Assembly (NCBI GenBank): GCA_000165345.1
Contig: CM000436.1
Span: forward strand, 192,001-256,000
DNA: 64,000 nucleotides
Direction of reading: 5' to 3'
Position 1 is the stretch's first letter; the number at the start of each line of letters is the position of its first letter. The notes below the pieces were generated by a model that was not told where the DNA came from, searched no databases, and saw nothing but the letters and a program-made list of their open reading frames with translations. This document shows, piece by piece, positions 58,401 through 64,000 of the stretch. A program made the translations under genes and the position numbers.

Positions 58401-61400
58401 GTGAAAGGGTGGAATATGAGAGAGGAAGAGGGGTATCATAAGAAGGAGGAGTCAATTACAATTCAACCTCGTTTATATAGTTTTGATAATTCATGGGATA
58501 ATGTTGTATTAAAGCTAAAACAAACAGATTCTCTCAAGTTTCCAATAATAATTGATCAAGTTGTAAGAAGTGGAAACTTATTTTATATATCTTTAATTAC
58601 AGGTCAGCTATTAAGATGGAATCCAGATGAAGTTACAACAAATTTGATAGTTCTTGAGCCTCCTGTAGGTTTTTCTGGAGGCGGTGGCAATGGTGGCAAC
58701 AGTGGTATGGGAGGATTAGGGAAGAATTATGAAAATATCGATAGGGGAAGATCTCCTCAGGCACCACAAATCTTTGTAGATCAGACAGGAGATCATGCAT
58801 TGATTGTTCATAACACCGGAGAGACATGGTATTTACATTCAACACAAGTAAAAGCAAGACATATCCAAAAATTGAGTAACTATTCTATCTTGAGTGTAGC
58901 CTGGAATAACTGGGAGACTTCAAGAAATAGTGCAGTTTCTGTGATTATTGGGTGTAAAAAGGGAACCATTTTGACCACAATTCTGGGCCCTGATATATCA
59001 TCCAGTTCCACAGTAATCAGAGTTTTACATGAAATCTCGGGTACCCCAATTTTAGGAGTCATGCTAGATTCAATTTGGATGAAAGACTCTGATGATGCTC
59101 ATGATAATCAAAACAATGAATCATCATTGAATAAACTACAATATGTGGTATCTGTTTCAACACCAACGAAATTACTTTTATGGTATGGTCAAAATAGAAT
59201 CATTGATTTGTTCGTTAAAAATGATGATCTTGGAGAATCATCTCGGTACTGTTTGGAAATTGGATCTACTGAAACAGCTTCATTAACAAGTAAAATACGA
59301 TTACTGGAGGTAACTAATTATCATTTTTTAATTTGGATTAGCAGTAGAGAAATATCCATTTACTATGTTAATAGAAGTAAACATTCTATTTTAGAAGCCT
59401 GTGATTATATTGGACAGCTTAAGAAATATGATTTTTTCTCCAATTCCAACAAGATTCCCAATAGTGTTGAATGCTCTAGATATCATATTATTGCTTTATT
59501 TGAGGATTATTTGGATGTAATTTCTCCAATTACTGCAAAAAGCATATATAAAGTCTCAATTGTGAGTATTCCTGGGCAATTAGTAGTAGGAGGAGAAGTC
59601 ATACAAGACTTGCAACTGGCAGGAGATGGAGGGGTCTCAACCATTAAGGCTTTGGCCATTGAAATATCGTCCAGTTTTAATAATCTAAGCGTGTTGAGAG
59701 GTAGTAACTCCAATAATAATGAGGAATTGGAAATCTTGGACAGAATAAGCTTTATTTGGGGATATAATAATGATAATATCTACAAGATTAATATTATTAA
59801 TGAAGGAGGAGCATTATGGAAGGAATGGCTTTATGTTGGGATGTATGAAGAAGCTCTTATTAGTACTGAGAAGATATCAAGTACAACTTTGAAATCAAAA
59901 AAGAAGTCAATGATTAGAAGACTCCAATTCATTGATTTCTTTAGGAGAGGAAAAGTGAAGCAAGCAGCTCAACTTTTATCAAAAATAGATGATGAATTAT
60001 CATTTAATGAAATTTGTAATATGTTCATTTACAATGGATGTTGGGAAGGCTTAATAGTATATTTGACTTGTAAGCTTCAGCAATTAAGATCCAATCATAA
60101 AGATCCAATTACTACCAGTTCTGTTTACCAGGATGAAACAATTATTTTAAAGTTTGTTGTATTAAGCATCTGGCTAGTAGAGTTGAATTCATTTGTCTCA
60201 TTTTCTCAAGGAGAGAAGAATATTGATGATAACTATTACTCTGGCTTAATTGGAGTTTTGAAGTTGATATATCAAATTGATGAAGTAGAGACAAAAGTAT
60301 ATCAAATACTCACTCAATATAATCGTAGAGTTGCAATTCAATATTATTCAGATCTTAGAAAGGATTGGCATGTCTTAGTTCAAGAATATATTTGTTTTGG
60401 AATAATGGATCCAAGTCTAGTTAGAAGATGTTTTGAAATCTTTGTTTCCATAGGGGGTAGCGTTTTAAAAAGGGATAAACTTTTGATTCAATATTCCCCA
60501 ATACTTGCATTTTTAGATCCAAAGAGATTTCTTTCATTACTAAAGAGACCATCCTTTACTTCAATTGATTTGAATTTAATTCTCCCATACTTGCTTGATT
60601 TAAATGGAATAGACATTCAATATAAGGATCCTTCAGAAGCAAAGGATGAAAGAGAAGAGCTTGACAAGCTTGCAATTTTGTTGATAGAGAATTTTCTTAA
60701 TTTGAATGGTAAGCAGAGAAACCAATCTGAAATGGAAAGAGTATCAACTCGAGTAAAATTAATGTTACATACAGATACTTGGAAAGGTAATAAAACAATC
60801 TGGAATGTATTAGCTATCTTGTGTTCAAAACTTGATGAAGGAGAAGAACTGCTTTTATCTTATATAACTCCTTTACTTAGCAAAGCTAAGATGGAAGGTT
60901 CTCTTTATGACTCAAACCCACAAGAATCAAAGCTTGAAATGGAATTTGATCTTCCTTTTCTACTTAATATATGCAATACCAAACAATATAAAAGGTTGAA
61001 AGCTTACGTTTACTGTTTATTAGGATTTTACGATTCTGCAATGTCAGTTTGTCTTAAAGAGTTAAATAGTACTAAACTGACAAGAGATATCATATATAAC
61101 TTTATTGAGAGCTATGACCAAAGAAGAAAATGGATCTTGAATTTGATTAAGCCCTTAGGATACAATAGAGATATTCAAGGGCTAACAAAACTCCTTGCAG
61201 CTTCACCAAAGTATATTTTAACTCTAAGTGATGTATTAATGGTGATTCCAGATGATATCCAACTTTCATTTCTAAGCAATTTAATCTCGAATAATATTAA
61301 TCAATTTGACGAATTGCTGCTTAAGAGAACGAATATATATGATAATTATAAACAATCCAGAGAGAAACTTTTGATGGACCTATTTTCTTGTCATACTTCT

Positions 61401-62162
61401 TATAATGTAGTAGATCCTCAGAATGATATCTGTTTTGTTTGTTATAGAGGATTATTCAATTATCAAGGCTTTACTTTTGAAGATATTCGTGAGTTTGCTC
61501 ATTCTCTAAGAATTAGCCACTTAGATCAAATCCATTTTAGCAGTTTAATAAATTATTTCCTGGTAAAATCAAGGAGTCAAAATGAGGGAAAACTTAAGGA
61601 TACTGGAACAGTAATTAACCAGAAAGCTGAAATAGATGAAAATAATCCATCTGGATTTGATGAAACTCAATATTATAAATTCTTGAATGATGACTTGAAT
61701 TCTAATGTTTTATTATTTCCCTGCTCCCATAGCTTCCACTTTGGATGTATGCTTTTGAAATATACATCACTGATGAACCATGATGAAATTAATAAAACAA
61801 CAAGGATTATAGAGGGTATCTGTAAGCATTCAGCCATATATTCAAAGAACTATAACAAGAATATGCGATCCCAATTCAAATCTGATACCAGTAATAAGCC
61901 TTCAAAAATAATTTCTAGAAATATATTGGATTATCAGAATTCAAAGAAGAATATAAATATGACCAAATCCAAAAAGAAAATGGACCTGATATCAATTAGT
62001 GAAAACTCTTCCAACTCTATTTTACATTCTTTATATAAACAATTAATAAATTTAGTAAACAATGATTGTTTGATTTGTGGGGAATTGATGATTAGAAACA
62101 TCGATAAACCATTTATTACTGAAGATTGCCAAAATACTGACCTCAATAACTTCTATATTTAG
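58401..62162 (+). CDS. Vps18/Pep3-like HOPS/CORVET core subunit (1253 aa) with an N-terminal beta-propeller-like region, alpha-solenoid middle and C-terminal Cys/His RING-like motifs.
   Basis: The size and architecture fit class C Vps proteins. C-terminal zinc-finger-like clusters are DICFVCYRG...FPCSHSFHFGCML and NDCLICGELM. I have not verified the family assignment. Confidence 0.5.
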   Translation: MKGWNMREEEGYHKKEESITIQPRLYSFDNSWDNVVLKLKQTDSLKFPIIIDQVVRSGNLFYISLITGQLLRWNPDEVTTNLIVLEPPVGFSGGGGNGGNSGMGGLGKNYENIDRGRSPQAPQIFVDQTGDHALIVHNTGETWYLHSTQVKARHIQKLSNYSILSVAWNNWETSRNSAVSVIIGCKKGTILTTILGPDISSSSTVIRVLHEISGTPILGVMLDSIWMKDSDDAHDNQNNESSLNKLQYVVSVSTPTKLLLWYGQNRIIDLFVKNDDLGESSRYCLEIGSTETASLTSKIRLLEVTNYHFLIWISSREISIYYVNRSKHSILEACDYIGQLKKYDFFSNSNKIPNSVECSRYHIIALFEDYLDVISPITAKSIYKVSIVSIPGQLVVGGEVIQDLQLAGDGGVSTIKALAIEISSSFNNLSVLRGSNSNNNEELEILDRISFIWGYNNDNIYKINIINEGGALWKEWLYVGMYEEALISTEKISSTTLKSKKKSMIRRLQFIDFFRRGKVKQAAQLLSKIDDELSFNEICNMFIYNGCWEGLIVYLTCKLQQLRSNHKDPITTSSVYQDETIILKFVVLSIWLVELNSFVSFSQGEKNIDDNYYSGLIGVLKLIYQIDEVETKVYQILTQYNRRVAIQYYSDLRKDWHVLVQEYICFGIMDPSLVRRCFEIFVSIGGSVLKRDKLLIQYSPILAFLDPKRFLSLLKRPSFTSIDLNLILPYLLDLNGIDIQYKDPSEAKDEREELDKLAILLIENFLNLNGKQRNQSEMERVSTRVKLMLHTDTWKGNKTIWNVLAILCSKLDEGEELLLSYITPLLSKAKMEGSLYDSNPQESKLEMEFDLPFLLNICNTKQYKRLKAYVYCLLGFYDSAMSVCLKELNSTKLTRDIIYNFIESYDQRRKWILNLIKPLGYNRDIQGLTKLLAASPKYILTLSDVLMVIPDDIQLSFLSNLISNNINQFDELLLKRTNIYDNYKQSREKLLMDLFSCHTSYNVVDPQNDICFVCYRGLFNYQGFTFEDIREFAHSLRISHLDQIHFSSLINYFLVKSRSQNEGKLKDTGTVINQKAEIDENNPSGFDETQYYKFLNDDLNSNVLLFPCSHSFHFGCMLLKYTSLMNHDEINKTTRIIEGICKHSAIYSKNYNKNMRSQFKSDTSNKPSKIISRNILDYQNSKKNINMTKSKKKMDLISISENSSNSILHSLYKQLINLVNNDCLICGELMIRNIDKPFITEDCQNTDLNNFYI

Positions 62163-62228
62163 AACCATAGTAACTTTAATAAACTTTTGGACTAAAATAT
62201 TTATTTTTGATTCATTATTCCTTTTTTA

Positions 62229-63860
62229 TTAATAATTCAATGCTCTATTTTCGTACATGCAATTTTCGAGTTCGGAGCCATATTTTGCACTACCGTTATT
62301 TACATGCATTTTAGAGTGAACCGCTTCAATTTGAGGAGAATTTGACTGGAATTTGGAACAAACTTGAGAATTAGAATGTATTAGAGGTGGCATTCCGATT
62401 GGATAGACATTAAATCCAATCTCAAAAAGCTGATAATGTTGGAGGAAATTTCTTCCATCAAAAATAAAAGCAGGTTTTTCCATATTGCTAAACGCTTGTT
62501 GAAAGTTTATGTCTTTAAATGTATTCCAGTCAGTACAAAAAACTAGAGCATGGGAACCTTTAATTGCTGTTTCCAATTCAGATGATATTTGAATATTATT
62601 AGGACCTGTAGAGTTAGGAATGATTTTTTTCTCAGTTTGTTCAGTTTGGATATTAGCTTCTCCTTGTTGTCCAATTTGAAATGACATATTATGGATACCA
62701 TACTTACTTAATTCAGAAATAATTTCTGCTTTCTTTGATTTTGGATCAAAAATAGTAATATTAGCCCCTTCTCTTAATAGCTCAAAACAAATAGTACCAG
62801 AAGGGGTTTCCCTGACATCACTAGTATTCTTTTTAAATGAAAATCCAAGTACAGTGACTTTCTTGTTATTAAGTGAATTAAACATTGATTTAACAATTTT
62901 GGCAGAAAATGAAGTCTTTTGAACTTCATTCAAGTGAATTACTTGTCTCCAATACTCAGCTTCATCCTTCAAATTAAAATGATCGAATAGGTAAGCAAGG
63001 CATAAAACGTCTTTCTTGAAACAGCTCCCTCCAAATCCAACTGATGATGTCAAAAATTCATTTCCAATTCTTTTATCACTTCCAACAGCTTTTGAAATTT
63101 GAGAAATATCAGCACCTGTAGCTTCGCAAAGTCTAGAAAATGAATTAATTGAAGAGATTCTCTGTGCAAGAAATGCATTTGAAGCAAGCTTTGCTAATTC
63201 AGAACTCCAAACATTCATCATTAAAATTTTTTCTTCAGGAACCCAATTCAAATAAATCATCTTTAGAATCTCCATTCCAATTTTACCTATTTCTGAATCT
63301 GTTCTCCCTCCAATTAAAACTCTATCGGGAAATTCCAAATCGGATATAGCAGTTCCTTCAGCTAAGAATTCAGGATTTGAAATAACTGTGAAATCTACAT
63401 CCTTTCTTTTTCTACATGAATATAATACCTCTAATAAAGACTCTGAAGTTTTTACTGGCACTGTTGATTTTTCAATAACAACTTTACTAGTTTCTGAAAA
63501 TTTAGAAATTGTTCTACAACAATCCTCCATCATGGATAGGTCGGGGGCTTCACCTTTATTTCTACCATAAGTTTTTGTTGGTGTATTTACTGAAATAAAA
63601 ATTATATCACATTCTTCAATAACTTTCTCAATTTCATGACTGAAAAACAAATTTACGTTTAATGTTTTCTTTAATATTTCATTGAGTCCTGGTTCATATA
63701 TTGGAGTAGTGCCAGAATTCCATTCTTGTATTCTCTTTATGTTTTTATCGCAAACATATACTTTAAGATTTGGACACTTATATGCAATCATTGCCATTGT
63801 TGGGCCACCTACATATCCTGCACCAATACAACATATTTTTTCAGTTTTAATATTTTTCAT
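62229..63860 (-). CDS. UGDH: UDP-glucose 6-dehydrogenase (UGDH), 543 aa, with an internal insertion and C-terminal extension relative to typical ~480-aa enzymes.
   Basis: The N-terminal Rossmann region KICCIGAGYVGGPTMAMIAYKCPNLKVYVCDKNIKRIQEWNS matches UGDH KICCIGAGYVGGPTCSVIA...AWNS. The catalytic region GFGGSCFKKD is present. Confidence 0.9.
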   Translation of the reverse strand: MKNIKTEKICCIGAGYVGGPTMAMIAYKCPNLKVYVCDKNIKRIQEWNSGTTPIYEPGLNEILKKTLNVNLFFSHEIEKVIEECDIIFISVNTPTKTYGRNKGEAPDLSMMEDCCRTISKFSETSKVVIEKSTVPVKTSESLLEVLYSCRKRKDVDFTVISNPEFLAEGTAISDLEFPDRVLIGGRTDSEIGKIGMEILKMIYLNWVPEEKILMMNVWSSELAKLASNAFLAQRISSINSFSRLCEATGADISQISKAVGSDKRIGNEFLTSSVGFGGSCFKKDVLCLAYLFDHFNLKDEAEYWRQVIHLNEVQKTSFSAKIVKSMFNSLNNKKVTVLGFSFKKNTSDVRETPSGTICFELLREGANITIFDPKSKKAEIISELSKYGIHNMSFQIGQQGEANIQTEQTEKKIIPNSTGPNNIQISSELETAIKGSHALVFCTDWNTFKDINFQQAFSNMEKPAFIFDGRNFLQHYQLFEIGFNVYPIGMPPLIHSNSQVCSKFQSNSPQIEAVHSKMHVNNGSAKYGSELENCMYENRALNY

Positions 63861-64000
63861 TTTTTATTACTTTTTGCCAATGTTTTAATAGATTATGGTT
63901 TATTGGCTTGATATTTCCTTAATATAGAATGATTAGGGAGACTTCTTTTAAATTTAACTTTTATGATAGTTTTTTCCACTTATATTTACAAAAATTGTCT

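Overview
This 64-kb window is AT-rich (~30% GC), gene-dense, almost intron-free eukaryotic DNA. Gene content points to an apicomplexan of the Cryptosporidium type, though I could not run a database search to confirm the organism. The evidence is an ApiAP2 transcription factor, a cGMP-dependent kinase with four cNMP-binding domains, and recurrent TTGGCGCCAA (E2F-like) and GCATGC promoter motifs.

I recognise about 22 protein-coding genes on both strands. They are:
- a class XXII-like myosin heavy chain
- PKG
- glutamyl-tRNA synthetase
- a DEAD-box helicase
- ApiAP2
- an NSRP1/CCDC55-like protein
- proteasome Rpt4
- coatomer alpha
- DNA polymerase alpha subunit B
- TFIIB
- a CobW/ZNG1 GTPase
- Utp6
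- a Vps18-like protein
- UDP-glucose dehydrogenase
- a URI1-like prefoldin
- a CCCH zinc-finger protein
- two unassigned membrane proteins and several hypothetical proteins

Two genes are missing or fragmented in the supplied ORF track. The first is a >5-kb minus-strand ORF that runs off the left edge (1..5099) and carries long Gly-Thr, Pro-Thr/Pro-Asn and Thr/Ser repeats. The second is a five-exon plus-strand gene (13217..14754) with four short GTAAGT introns.

The hunt items I rate highest are:
- a small two-TM protein with ENaC/ASIC-like hallmark motifs
- the perfect 31-unit hexanucleotide microsatellite inside the repeat gene
- recurring ACGGTAT / ACCGGTAT and ACGTGTA promoter words that sit beside the E2F-like and GCATGC boxes
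- unusually long, GC-island-containing intergenic regions flanking the ApiAP2 gene
- a DEAD-box helicase with a non-canonical D-E-G-D motif II

I found no rRNA, tRNA, CRISPR or mobile element.
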